Notes under the pieces: model-generated
Databases searched by the model: none
What the model saw: the letters and a program-made list of their open reading frames with translations, nothing else
Told to the model about the DNA's origin: nothing
Part shown: one piece after another, positions 48,172 through 60,110 of the stretch
Layout: every line of letters starts with the position of its first letter
How positions within the stretch are numbered: position 1 is the first letter of the stretch
Program-made: the position numbers and the translations under genes
Source: Vicugna vicugna
Lineage: Eukaryota
Assembly: GCA_013265495.1 (NCBI GenBank)
Contig: MU058252.1
Coordinates: forward strand, 778,244-842,243
Direction of reading: 5' to 3'
DNA: 64,000 nucleotides

Positions 48172-50198
48172 GGGGCAGAAGTCCTCCTGGTGTGCCCAGG
48201 GCCTGGCACTGGGTCATGGTATCCGTGTCCAGCTGTGTGGGAGTCCAGTGTTCTTGCTCTGGAAGTGACTTTGGGCACTATTTGGGAACACAGAGCCTGG
48301 TTCTTTGCACCCTGAGGATTCTGTGAGCTTCTCAATATCCTTTAATACATATTTGGGGGTCCACTGGAACAAGCTAGAACTAATTTCTGGGCCTGTGGCT
48401 AGGAACTCCAACTGATGCCAGGCCGAATGGGGGCCCCTTTCCACGGAGTCCAAAGCTGACTTCTCTGAACTTCCAAATGGGATTCTCCAGTTTTTGCTCA
48501 TCAGATCCTAGCACAGGCCTGCCCCCTGCCCCCACTCCTTTATATTTAAGAACTTCCATCCTCTCTCTTTCCACATTGGACTCTTGAGTCCAAAAGGGCT
48601 GCCTGTTCCACTCTGCTTTCCAGAGCTCTGAGCCCACCAGGTGACCAGGGGATTCCTGCTCTCTCCATGCAAGGACATATTGATCCATCGACAAATAGTC
48701 ACTCAGGCCCTATTAAGCATAAGGCACCGAACCTGGGAAACGGAGGGTATTGAGAGAGGTGCATGAAAGCCGCCCCTGCCACGGCTGCTCAGAGACAACA
48801 GGTGTCTCATGAGGAGCTAGCAGTGGAGGCAGTGCCAGTGCCAGGAAGCCAAGTTCCCCAGCACAGAGAGGCCCTTGCACCCCGTCCCCAAGATGGGGGC
48901 GCAGGCTCAGTCCGGGTCCAATGTCTTGTACAAGCTGCAACCCTGGGCAGGAGCGATTCCAGGAATGCGAAGGTCAGGAGAATGCATCCCTCAGCTCCCC
49001 TGCTGGGGAGCAGGGACCTCCCTGCTCCAATTGTCTCCCAACCTCCGCCTCACACAGAAGCCATGCCCCCTCCCGCAGGCTGCTCCCAGCCACGCTAGGT
49101 GGGTGTGCTAGCACAGGCCTATGCCTGCGGGTCTGGATGTGGACTTGAAGCAGCAATGCCCTTCCACCTGGCCAGAACCTTCTCTGAACCCGGCAGGCGT
49201 CTGGGCTCTCATTACCCATCCTCCCCATCCCTCCATCCTCACAACATATTAAGGTTCCACTTCGGACACAGGTCCTGCCAACAGGATCCATTCTCCATGC
49301 CGTCACTCCTGCCTTGATGACCAGAACCTCCTGGGACTTTGCTTTGTCCCCACCCAGGAACTGGAGGCCTGCCCCCTATCCTGCACTCCACTGGCTCCCT
49401 TGCCTGTGACACAGTTGGGACCCCTTGGGATGCACTTCCGGAGGGGTCCCTACTGTCAGTCTGTGCTGCACTCTCAGAACCCTCCCTGCCAGCTGGACTT
49501 GCTCTGCCCGGGGCCACTCAGGGGTCACTCCTGGCTGGCTGGCTTCGTTGACCCACTGGGAGCTGGGAAGGCCTGGCAACAAATCCTGGCGCAGGGTGAG
49601 CGCTGCTGAGGGCTGGGCCTCTGTTCCAAGGTGGGGGAGGTACTCTTTCTTCTTGCCCTCCTCCCAGGACAGAGACACAGAAACTGCTCCAGCTGCTGGC
49701 AGCATCTGTGACCACGAGGAAAGGTAGCTGCTGACCAGATGGATACAGAAAGAACACAGCCCCATCCTGGACTTCCTGTCCCCAGATAAGCGTTACAATT
49801 ATTCAAGAGAGTCTGGCCTAGACTTTCTGTCACTCACAGCCCATCAGCACCCTAAACGGGAGATTCTGTCTAATGTAACGACACACTGGGCCTCCCAGAG
49901 TAAGCCAAGGGGTCTGGTCTACAGACAACTAAAGCTTTGTGTGTGTGTGACACAAACTGTGTTCTTACTGCTATTTGTGGAAAACAATTTTCTTAAAATA
50001 GATAACTCAGAACAGACCTTGCCACCCTGAAGTCAAGCATTCAGAGCGTCTGTTTTTTAAAATAAATCTCTGTCAAGCTCTAGAAGATGTGTGCTGGGCA
50101 AGAAAGGTCCAGGAACCTGGATCAGAGGAGGACAGAGGTGACAGAGGGGCACAGAGACTAGCAGAGGAGGGCAGAGGGGGACAGCGAAGGCTGCCTCT

Positions 50199-51366
50199 CC
50201 AGCATGCAACAGGGTGGGTGTCTCTAACATCCAAGCACAAGCTGAGTGTGTCCGGAGTAGACAGATGTGGAGTATGGTTGGTGGACCCAGGGCTCATTCC
50301 TGGGCCACCTCTGATTCCAGGGCACCTATGATGGACAGTCCCCCATGCGGACAGGGACCCCTTGAAGCCACCAGTGCCCGCTGAGTCAACAGCTGAGCCC
50401 AGGCCTGAAACACAGGGGCATTAATGCCCCGAGGTGATCTTCAGCCAGCCTGGACCTACACAGTAACCATGGTAATGCACCCATGCGGCCCCTCCCTGCT
50501 TGCTGGGATCACCTTCCGAATGAAAAGCCTGCCCCCAAGTCTTGGTCTTGTTTTCCAGAGCAAGAGAAGTGGTATCTGGCTTTTATTGCTCTCAGCAGGG
50601 GGTATGTTTATTAAAGAAACACAGCTGGAAACATACCACACCAGACACATCAGTTGTGCGGAGAACAAACAGCTCAAGAACATCTGGAAGACTCCCAGGC
50701 TGTTAAACTGTTCCGGGCAGGGGTGGGAGCCCAGGGGGCCGTGTGTCCCTGTGTGCCCACAGGACTGGGCCCTCACCACCCCTGGGTCCCAGCTCCTTGG
50801 CATCTGCCACTCCCCGGCCCTTTCCCGAGCCTGGGCTTCCTCCCTCGCAGCCCTCAGCATCACCTGCCCCCGCCGGGCACAGCAGCAGAGCCCTGGACTC
50901 GGCCCTGTCCTGCCTCACACCAATTCAGCCAGCCGTCCTGCGGAGCTGGCATCTCTTGGAGCTGCCCTCTCCCCTCTCCATGGTGCAGAAATGCCTCCTT
51001 CCTGCCTCCTCCACCATCTCATCTTTTTTAGGATCTGCTTTTCATGTAGGACTGTGCTCAAAGCGAAGAAAGGGCAGGCACCAGAGACCAGCAGAGTGAT
51101 GGAGTGTGGCCATGTGGCTGGGGGGTGACCTTGGACCTTGTTCCTGGGAGTACTCCCTCCCATCCAGGAGCCCAGAGTGACCGGCCGGCCCCCCAGGAGT
51201 GGTGCTACCACCGTGCTGCACGCTCCATGTCCCCCTGGCCACTGGTCCCGTGACCATCTAGGGGCATCAAGAATGACCTGCCCTGGCGGCCAGCGCGCAG
51301 CAGGGTGGGCGTCTCTAAGATCCAAGGAGAAGCTGACTTTGTCCGGAGTGGACAGATGTGGAGCAT
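50199..51366 (+). repeat. Dispersed direct repeat: two 77-bp copies (50199-50275, 51290-51366)
   Basis: Ungapped alignment by eye gives 66/77 identical positions. Confidence 0.85.
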
Positions 51367-51999
51367 CCACAATCACAGGCCAGTGCCTCATCACACACTT
51401 ACAAGCGACTGTGTTTGCCTTCAACTGCTTTCATAGCTGTTGTCTGGCCCGACCGAACCTCTGTGGCTCATGTCCCTCTTGTCTCCATGGCAACCCTGTA
51501 CAAACACCACACATACCATGGCTATGAATTCTTTCCCTCGTCTGCTGACCAGCCCTGCTGCCCCTTCAAAGGCCCAGCTCAAGGGCCACCTCCTCCTCGC
51601 ATCCTGCCTTGACTATTCCTTCCCACCTGTCGCCCTTGCAGAATTCCTCAAGCGCTGGCTGGAGCACTTGGCGGGGAGCTGGCTGCTGTTCCCTGCATGT
51701 TAATGTTACCTACGTTGCAAAATCCCGCTGGCGTATCTCCTACAGTCAGGCCTAGCGCCTGGAACGCAGTGAGCTTTTCATACCTATTTTGATTAGCTGG
51801 TTATCTCTTGTATCCCTGATTCCGACACATCTCAGTGTCCCCCCAAGTTCAGGCCCCTAAGCCCCCACTGGTCTCTCCTCCATATGTCCCCATTGGGCCT
51901 GATGCCCCAAATTTCCACTCTCTTAAAAATACATGCATCAAGGTTTTCTGTCTTAGCTCAGTTCTGAAACCATCTCCATGACAAAGATCCTAAAGCTTT

Positions 52000-52590
52000 G
52001 ATCTCGGTGTGTAGTGAGGACGTGGGGGAACGGAGCTCTCATTCAGAGAGTAGACGTGGCACAACCTCCGTGGGGCAATTTCCAATAGCCATCAAAATAG
52101 AAAATACATGCACTCTTTGACCCAACGATTTTACTCCTAGAGTTTAAATCGCAGATATATGTACACACACGCACAAAAAAGTAGGGACAACAATATTTGT
52201 TGCAATGTTTTTTTTACAGCCGAGGACTGAGAACAGCTCCATCAATAGAGGATTGTTTCAGCAACCCAGGGACTGTGCACGATGGAGCACTACACAGCCA
52301 TGAAAGGGAACAGGGCATCTCCTTACGTACGTGCCAGTGTGAACTGCCAAGGGGTTAAAACCAAGTTGTAGAGCAGCACGTACAATACAAGACCACTTGG
52401 ATGTAAAAATAAAAGGCTCAGAAGTGCAGAGACGATCTCTGAGGGATATGAAGTAAAAACCGCTGCCTCTGGGCAGAGGAACCGGGAGGCTGGGGGCCAG
52501 GGTGGAAGGATGCTTATGTTTTTACCACATACTTTTTTGTACTTTTGGAATGTTTTAACATGCATGTGTATTAGCTATTCAATTGCGTAT
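52000..52590 (+). mobile_element. L1ME-type 3' region
   Basis: gtgaggacgtgggggaacggagctctca...ctttgacccaacgattttactcctag...atggagcactacacagccatgaaa. Confidence 0.75.
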
Positions 52591-54434
52591 GTATTTAACC
52601 ATAACAACATTATTCTAGGGATTGAGGTTGACCTGGGAACTCCCAGCACATTTAGCTACTTGGTGATGTGCAAATAATCTGAGCCCCAGGCGTCTCACTT
52701 GTGAAACAGGTGTAATGACAGTTTACCTCAGTGAAAGCAGGAGGCTGGGATGGGGGCCTTTGAGATTCCTTCCTCTCTAAGAGCTATAACCCCCCCGTGG
52801 GTGCGGCACAGAGGCTGTGTATCCTAGCTGGGGGTCCCGTGACTGTCCCTTACGTGAGTCCTCTCTGAGCAAAGCTAAACGCTGCTCCCTCCCTGTGGCT
52901 TGCGGGGCCTGAAAGAGCTCTGCTGGGCGGAGCTGTAAGGTTGTAGGACTGTTTGAAAATTCCTCCTTCTCCTTCAGCCCCACCCCTGCCAGACTTCCCC
53001 TCCCCAAACTCCAGGACACGATGCCCTTGGGCTCCTTTCCTCCCCCGGGCATCACACCTGCTCCAGGACGACATCTGTTCTCAGTCACTCGTACCCTCTC
53101 CCTCCGAGTGGCCCCTCTTGGGGGCTTATAAAGGAATACTGGTCATTAACAGGGTGGAAGGGGGTAGAATTCAGTCTTTTCTCCTGAAACCAGCAGGGTT
53201 CTGATGGGGAAAGACAGACAGATGGCCGCCCTGCTGCTCTAGGGGCTCCGTGCCGGAACACAGAGCCTACACCCCTGCCTGCCCATCAGCCAACAGCTCA
53301 ACACCAGTCCCCGCTCATGGGCTGTCATGTCACCCAGCACGTTCTTATTCTGGATGTGTGGCTAATACACACCCAAACTGATTAGATAGACGTGGCCCCG
53401 CAGGTTCTGATTAAGTAACATTCCTCACTTCTCCAAATGCCTTTGAACCCTCTAACTAGCTCCCCACTTCTGAGCCTCCTGCAGCCCCAGCCCGCTTCCT
53501 CCTCCTCCCTGCTGAGGTTTGTGCCTCCAGAAACAGGGAAACTGAGGACCGTAGACAGGAAAGACTTCCGCCCTCCACTGAGGGAGCTGGAGAAATTCTG
53601 CACTGGGGTCATCAGCCCCTCCTGCTTCTGGGAGTGCCTGCTGGAATGGGTGGACCGCAGCAGGGCTCTGGGAGTGGCGTCAGTTTAGAGTTAGTGTCCA
53701 GTAATCTCTGAAGAGTCTAATTATCACTTTTTTGCCAACGCACTCACCCTGATAAAGGCCGCAGGTAACTGCGCGAACCCTCCTGGCCCGGGAAACCCTT
53801 TAAATCCCTCAGAAGGCAAAACTGGTCCTCACTCACTTGGGATGAATGTCAGGCCTGTCTCCAAGGCCCACAGCCTCCTCCCAGAAGCCCTCCTGGCTTC
53901 TTGGGCCCTCTCTGCCATCTTTTCTAAGAACTTGCCCTCAGACCACCTCCCTGGCCCAGTATTCCAGACCCCCGCACGTTTCCTAACCCAGAGTCACCAG
54001 TCCTCACAGATCTCCATTGCTCTGTGCGATAGGCTAATTCCTGCTCAGGCATCAGGGGCTGATTTGAGCAGGATAAAGACACGCAGAGGCCTCTGGGAGG
54101 GACACTGTGCAGAGGATGACGCCAGGACCCAAAGCCAAAACTTGAACCTTGATCGAGCTGCTCACCTGTTCGGTCACACTGCAGGTGGCTGCCTCCACGG
54201 ACACTTTCTGGGTCTGGTACCTGGAAGCAACTCAGAGGAGGCCCCTGGGCTCTCGGCACCTCCTCGTCACACAGCAGGCAGTCACGAGGCCCTCTCTGCC
54301 CCGGGCCCGTGGCGCACCCTGGGAGGGCCAGGCCACAGTGGGCTCGCTCCCCACCCCCAACATGAGTCTGGTCCCAGGACGGGAGGAGTGGGGCCCATCA
54401 CTGCCTCCAAGGGCCTGACACCTAGGCCGGGAGA

Positions 54435-55010
54435 ACACGTCTACTGACGGATGGATGGGTGAGCAAACGTGGCGGCCACGTACAAGGGAATACTGTTCAG
54501 TCTTAAGAAGGAAGGGGACTCTGACACACGCTACAGCACCAGCCACAAAAGTACAACTACTGTATGATCCCACTTAGGTGAGGTTCCTAGAGTCGTCAGA
54601 TTCTCAGGGGCAGCAAGCAGACTGGCGGCTGCCAGGGGCGGGCGGTGGAGGGGGGACGGAGAGTCGTTTAATGGGGGACACAGTTTCAGTTTTGCAAGGT
54701 GACAAAGTTCTCGAGATGGATAGTGATGATGGTTGCACAACAACGTGAATGCACTTAATGCCACTGAACCATACACTTAAAAATGGTTAAAATGACCTAT
54801 GATGAAAAAGAATATGAAAAGATATATATATACATAATTGAAGCACTATGTTGTACACCAGGAACTAACACAACATTGTAAACCAACTACACTTCAATAA
54901 AAAAATTACATAAATAAATAAAAGTAAATAAATTGTTGCATCCAACTGGGAAAAATGGTTACAATGGTAAATTCTATGTTATGTATAATTTACTACAATC
55001 AAAAGATGAA
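54435..55010 (+). mobile_element. L1MB-type 3' end, hosting a younger L1
   Basis: ggaatactgttcagtcttaagaagga...gtttcagttttgcaag...gagatggatagtgatgatggttgcacaacaacgtgaatgcacttaatgccactgaac...ggtaaattctatgttatgt. Confidence 0.9.
54795..54950 (+). mobile_element. Young camelid-type L1 3' end with TSD
   Basis: aaaaagaatatg...tgtacaccaggaactaacacaacattgtaaaccaactacacttcaataaaa. TSD aaaaatggtta(a/c)aatg at 54779-54794 and 54951-54966. Confidence 0.85.
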
Positions 55011-56639
55011 GAAAAGGGATGGGTATGTCACTGACGGGCGGTGAGGGCTGCCCTGGAGCAGAGGGGGCCTCCCTAGGAATGGCTGAGTCCAAGGATTCCC
55101 CGGGGCCCCTGCCTGCCGTTGGCTGGTGCACTCCACTTTTCAGCCTTAGTTCTCATTCATACTCACTTCTGGGTTCTACTCCAGCCAGAACCTCAGAGCC
55201 AGGACCTCAGAGAGCGTCTCAGGAAATCTCCCATCTTATGTTTAAAAACACACCCGGGGCTGGAATACCCACGGTGGGAACAACAAACCCTGTGAACGGT
55301 GCAGGGCGTCAGAGCATCACCCTAGTCGGCACAGCCACCTTCGGAGGACGGCCACCCCAACTAGGCTGACAGAGCGGAGCTGGCTTCCGCCCCGCCCTGT
55401 CCACATGGGGCTCCCCCTTCCCAGAGCGGCCACCTCCAGGCCGCTGGTCTCTTCAGAGACCCGCAGGCTAGTCGGTGTGCTGTGGATGCTTGTCATTATA
55501 GGGGACATTTTCCAGCTTTCAAACATTTTGAAGTGTTATGTCACTGTCGTGATTTTAAAAACACAATAAAAAGCAATACATATATTTTCGTGGGGGATAA
55601 TGTTTCCTCTCCCACGGAGCTGAGGGCCGCAGGGTAGGAGGATCCCTCCTCACTTAGGACCGGCCTTCAGATTTCTGGAGACCGTTCCCACCCGGCCCCA
55701 AGCTCATGCCTGCCCATGCCAACACTGCCAGTTCTTTCAACTCTTTCTCATATAATAGGATTTCGAGTTCTCGTCCCACCCTACTAATTAAGTCCTTGAC
55801 CTTGAAAAATATTTACAATCCCGTAGAAGACTTAAGATTTAAGATTAAGAGACTGAATAAAGCCCAAATGAAATGACTTTACAATGAAGTATTACATTCT
55901 GTGGTTCAGCCTATGAAGGAGAAGACACATGGGGTTGGAGCAGGGGAGGCTCGGGGTCCCTGCAGCTTGGAGAGTGTCTGCTGCGCAGATGCGCCGTCCC
56001 ACCCAAGCCCATTCTGCTCTTAGGTGGGCAGTTAAAGAGGCCCCAAGAAGCTGCACCTCGAAATCAGTCCGGGAACACACAGCTGGGCAGATGGGCCCTC
56101 CCCCCACTTTGATTTTCTTTGATTTTTCTATTCCAGGGATGAAGATGTTCTATATTTAGTGCTGTAAGTGAGGAGTTGCTATAGCGACAGCTGGTGGTTA
56201 CAAACCAGGTCCTGCTATAGTTCCCCCTCATAAATAAATCCCAAAGGCCGAGCCCCAGGAAGAATGCAGCCTTAGAGAACCGAGTTCCTCCCCAATTCAC
56301 TGGGTCCCCGTCTACTGTCCTTGCCATTTGCAACTGACAGGCTGAGCCTGAGTCCTGGCTAGTGGGGAAGCAAATCAGGACATGGGACGCTGGGCACTGC
56401 CCTTCAGAGGATCCTGGGGGGCTTCCTGGGAGATGCTACCAGGTGAGGAAGAACACCTGCATTTGCGCAGAGCCGGGCGATGGGCAGAAGGAAGCTGGCT
56501 GTGCAGCACAAGGCACTAGGTTAGGAGCACCGGGAAACGGAGCTGTGGCACCTGCTCACAGACCAGCCTGGGCGGTGGGGCGCACGTGTCAGCTAACGCC
56601 GCAACCTCTCCCTGCACGCAGGCGTCCCCTCTGACCAGC

Positions 56640-57040
56640 AGACCCGTGATGTGTCCGACAGAAACGCATTAGGGTGTGCAAGAACGTTCACAGCAGCCCC
56701 GGGAACCGTCAGAGCCCCAGACGTGAGACCCGCGGTGCCCCGGGCAGCTGGGTGGATGGAGGGGGTGTGGTCGATGCGGAGCCAGCAATGAAGGGGGTGA
56801 ACTTCAGCCACAGCATCGGCAGGGCTGCGTCTCATGTAACTCATACAGAGTTCAGAAGCAGACAATGCTAATCTGGAGGGGAAGGGGCTTAGGGGACCTG
56901 GGCGAGGGCCCTGGGGGTGCTGTGATCTATTTCTTAATCTGCATGTCGGTCATACGAGTATGTTCAAATTGTGCAAATTCACCACCTACGATTTGTATGC
57001 ATTTTGGTAAGCTTCCACCTTAGTAAAATTTACATTAACA
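56640..57040 (+). mobile_element. Decayed L1ME 3' region
   Basis: tgcaagaacgttcacagcagc...gatctatttcttaatctg...tgttcaaattgtgcaaattcacc...gatttgtatgcatttt. Confidence 0.65.
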
Positions 57041-57129
57041 AGGTTTTGCAAGTTAATGTTAGTGCTGAGCTGTTAGTCAGGAATCAACAAGGTGGCGACA
57101 AAAGGTGCTGGAGGAGTCTGAGGTAGATC

Positions 57130-57900
57130 TATCTGTCCCTGGTAGCAGGGACCTTCCAGAAAGGATGCACCCACCCACATGTCTGCAGCAAGTCCAGAGG
57201 CAGAAGTGCTCAGACGTGGTCATCAGGGCCGGTGGACTCCAAGTGCTCGTCCACTGCCACAGGGCCCTGCTGGGGGGTGAGCCTGCAGGACAGAGGCTGG
57301 TGCAGCAGGAGACCCCTGAGAACGGAGACCCTAGAAGAGTCATGGAGGGGAGGGCAATCACCCAGGCTCAGCGCACCCCAGAATGCCTGGCCCACAGGTG
57401 CCCGCCTGAAGGCACAGCACTCACCTCTCTGGTACTTCAGGGTCATGGCCACAGCTGTTTATAGAGGCCACCTCTAGGCTCGGCCATGTCTGTTGTCCCT
57501 TTCAATCAGCTTTGACTATTCTGTGACCAGAAGTGAGAAGCAGGGAGGACAGGGGACATCTCACGCAGTGTCCCCTGTGGGTCACAGCCAGCCAGGGCAG
57601 CAGCGAGTGTGCTGAAGGCTGCGGCCTGGAGGGGGCTGCCTTGATGCTACTACAGGAGAGGGAGGGAGAGCATGGCCACCCCACGCGCACCCAGTAGCGG
57701 GAAGCCCTGTGGACACCAGGGCCCTGTGCGGCCTGGAGGCGGTGGAGGCGCTGGACACTCATCTCTTCTTCAGCAAGTTGCTACCTGTGACTGCCACCTC
57801 TCGGCCTCTCTGGGCCTCAGTTCCCCCACCTCCACCATTTACTCTCCCTGCCCTAAGAGAATCATCAAACATCAACTGTGCAGGAAGCCATGCATGTGAC
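57130..57900 (+). pseudogene. Possible heavily decayed NACC1/NACC2-like (BTB-BEN) gene remnant
   Basis: Short peptides across shifting frames (LPERMHPPTCLQQ, VVIRAGGLQV, TSLVLQGHGHSC, YS..SEK, RGHLTQCPLW, KP/VDTRAL, PALRESSN) are collinear with motifs of NACC2 as I recall it. No intact ORF; not verified by search. Confidence 0.4.
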
Positions 57901-58699
57901 ATCAGCATTGATACCTAATGGTGATGTCCCGACCACCCAGGCCAACTTTCAAGGTCCTCCCACTTCCTGGCCACAGACCCCCGCCCCTCAACTTGGCCTT
58001 CCTCTCTCTCCTGGTCCTGTGACAGCCTCTGGCCTCTCAGGTCTGTTTCTCAAGTCTGGTGATCCGGGCCCACACCTGGCCAGCGCTGGGGGACAGCTGC
58101 CTGGACAACACCAGGCTCAGAGGCACAGGGCTGACAACAGGTGATCACAGGGAGGTGAGGGGGCTGCCTCGGGGCTTGACACCCCTGCAGCCCCCCAACC
58201 GAGGGGTGCTGGGGGAAACTGCGGCTGAGGCCTTGGGAGGGAGGCTCTGCCCTTGCAGAACCAGCTCCCCTTGGTGAAGCCTCCAGCTCACCAGCTCCCT
58301 CACGGGCCCTCCCCCCAACACGCTCCCTGCCCACACCCCCAGGAGTCCCAGCTCACTGCTCCCCCTCCAGCCTGGCATTCTAAGTTTTCTAAAACCTGGC
58401 CCCATCCTCTCTTTCCAGACTCTTCCTTGACCTCCCTCCCCGCCACGTCTCCACCAATCCAGCCTCACCCCTGGGTCCAGAGCAGACGCCACCCCAACTC
58501 TCACCCGAACCCCAGAGCATTTGGCACCAGCACCCGTCCTGGGGCCTCTCTCCAGCAAGTGCTCCTCCCCCCGTGCACACAGAGAGCTGCTGTGCCACCC
58601 CGTGAGTCCATGTCGTTCTCAGCGCCAGCACGACACACATACAAGAAACACACTTATCAGATGGACTAGTTGGTGTCTGGCTTATCCGGTGATGTGCAC

Positions 58700-59216
58700 C
58701 AGATACACACCCTGGAAAGGAACATCAAGGCCCAGGTGGTCCAGTGGTGATCACTTTGAAGTGTACAGAAGTAGTGAATCACTGTACACCAGGAATTAAC
58801 ACAGTGTTGTAGGCCTATTATACTTCAAAAACACATAAACTCATAGAAAAAGAGATCAGAGTTATGGTTACTAGAGGCAGGGGGTGGGGTGAGGGAACTG
58901 GATGAAGGTGGTCGAACGTACAAACCTCCGGTTATAAGACACACAAGGACTAGTGACGTAGCGCACAGCACGATTAACACGATGAATACCGCTGTGTGCT
59001 ACACGTGAGAGCTCTTCGGGGAGTAAATCTAGGAGTTTTCACCACAAGGGAAAAGTGTCTTCCTTTTGTTTTGTTTCTATGTGACGAGGAATGCTCACTA
59101 AGCTCACTGTGGTCATTGCTTCAAGACGTATGTACATTGAGTCATTATGGTGTATGCCTTAAACATATACAGTGCTGTATGTCAGTTGTAGCTCAGCAAA
59201 ACTGGAAAGAAAAAAT
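58700..59216 (+). mobile_element. L1 3'UTR fragment
   Basis: ggtgatcactttgaagtgtacagaagtagtgaatcactgtacaccagg...aaactcatagaaaaagagatcaga...gatgaaggtggtc...tcagcaaaactggaaagaaaaaa. Confidence 0.85.
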
Positions 59217-59710
59217 TTCTGTGATTAACTGTAATGTTTTTGAAAAGTTAGCACAGAGTCTGGACTTCACAGTCTACTTCCAAAAAGTGGGTGTGAAGTT
59301 TGCCTTTGCACCCTCGGCTGAAACAGCACATCCATCTCTCTCAAACTAAGTCATATTTTCAAATCCACATGAAGAGACACAGCAGTTTCAAGAAAACGAT
59401 CTATTGGTAGAAAGCATCCACAGGCCTAATGTTTTTAGTCTAAGTTGAGAATATCAGAGTTTTCTTAAACTGAGTCTGCTTCCAGTATCGTGAACACAGA
59501 GCTCTAGGGAGGAGGGAGCTGGACTGAGGTGGGTGGGATGATCTCAGAGACAGGACCCTCATCCTAGTCTGGGCAGCCCTCACCCACCTGTGTCTTGGTA
59601 TCTTCGGTTTGAAGGAGCGACACCTATACACGGAGACGCTCACAGATCCCTCGCTCAGTCCTCAACTAACTACTGAGTGCCTGGGATGGGTCCAGCTTCA
59701 TGTTACGCTA

Positions 59711-60110
59711 TGTCAGTTGGGGCTAAGCTTGTCCTCGTTTAACAGAAAAATCCAAAATAACAGTGGTTTAAGTGAGAAAGATTTTTTTCTTCTTTCACAC
59801 AGAAGATACCTGAAAGGCAGGCAGTCCAGAGCTACTGTGGCAGCTTCACAATGTTAACCCAGGCTTCAATTTTTACTCTCCACTAACCTCATTCTGTGCC
59901 TTCCATCCCAGCATCCAAGATGGCTGCCAGAGCACCAAATACCACATCTACACCCAGGGCAGGGGAAATGGTAAAAGGAACAACGGGGGATTTGCCTCTT
60001 CCCCTTTTTAAGAGTCTTTCCCCTAAGCGTAAACAACACTCCCAGGATAGCTCACTGAATAACTCTGTCACACGCCCTGTTGAGCCACACGCATTGCCAC
60101 GAAATGAAAC
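59711..60110 (-). mobile_element. Old MaLR LTR (MLT1J/K-like)
   Basis: tgtcagttggg...taacagaaaaatccaaaataacagtggtttaa...aggcagtccagagct...caagatggctgccagagcacca. Confidence 0.7.

Noticed and set aside
50424..51128. Longest ORF (234 aa) and other long ORFs (28664-29356, 53842-54447, 28463-29041, 22997-23548)
   Set aside because: Pro/Gly/Ala/Arg/Ser-rich, no recognisable domain, and overlapping ORFs on both strands, as expected by chance in GC-rich DNA.
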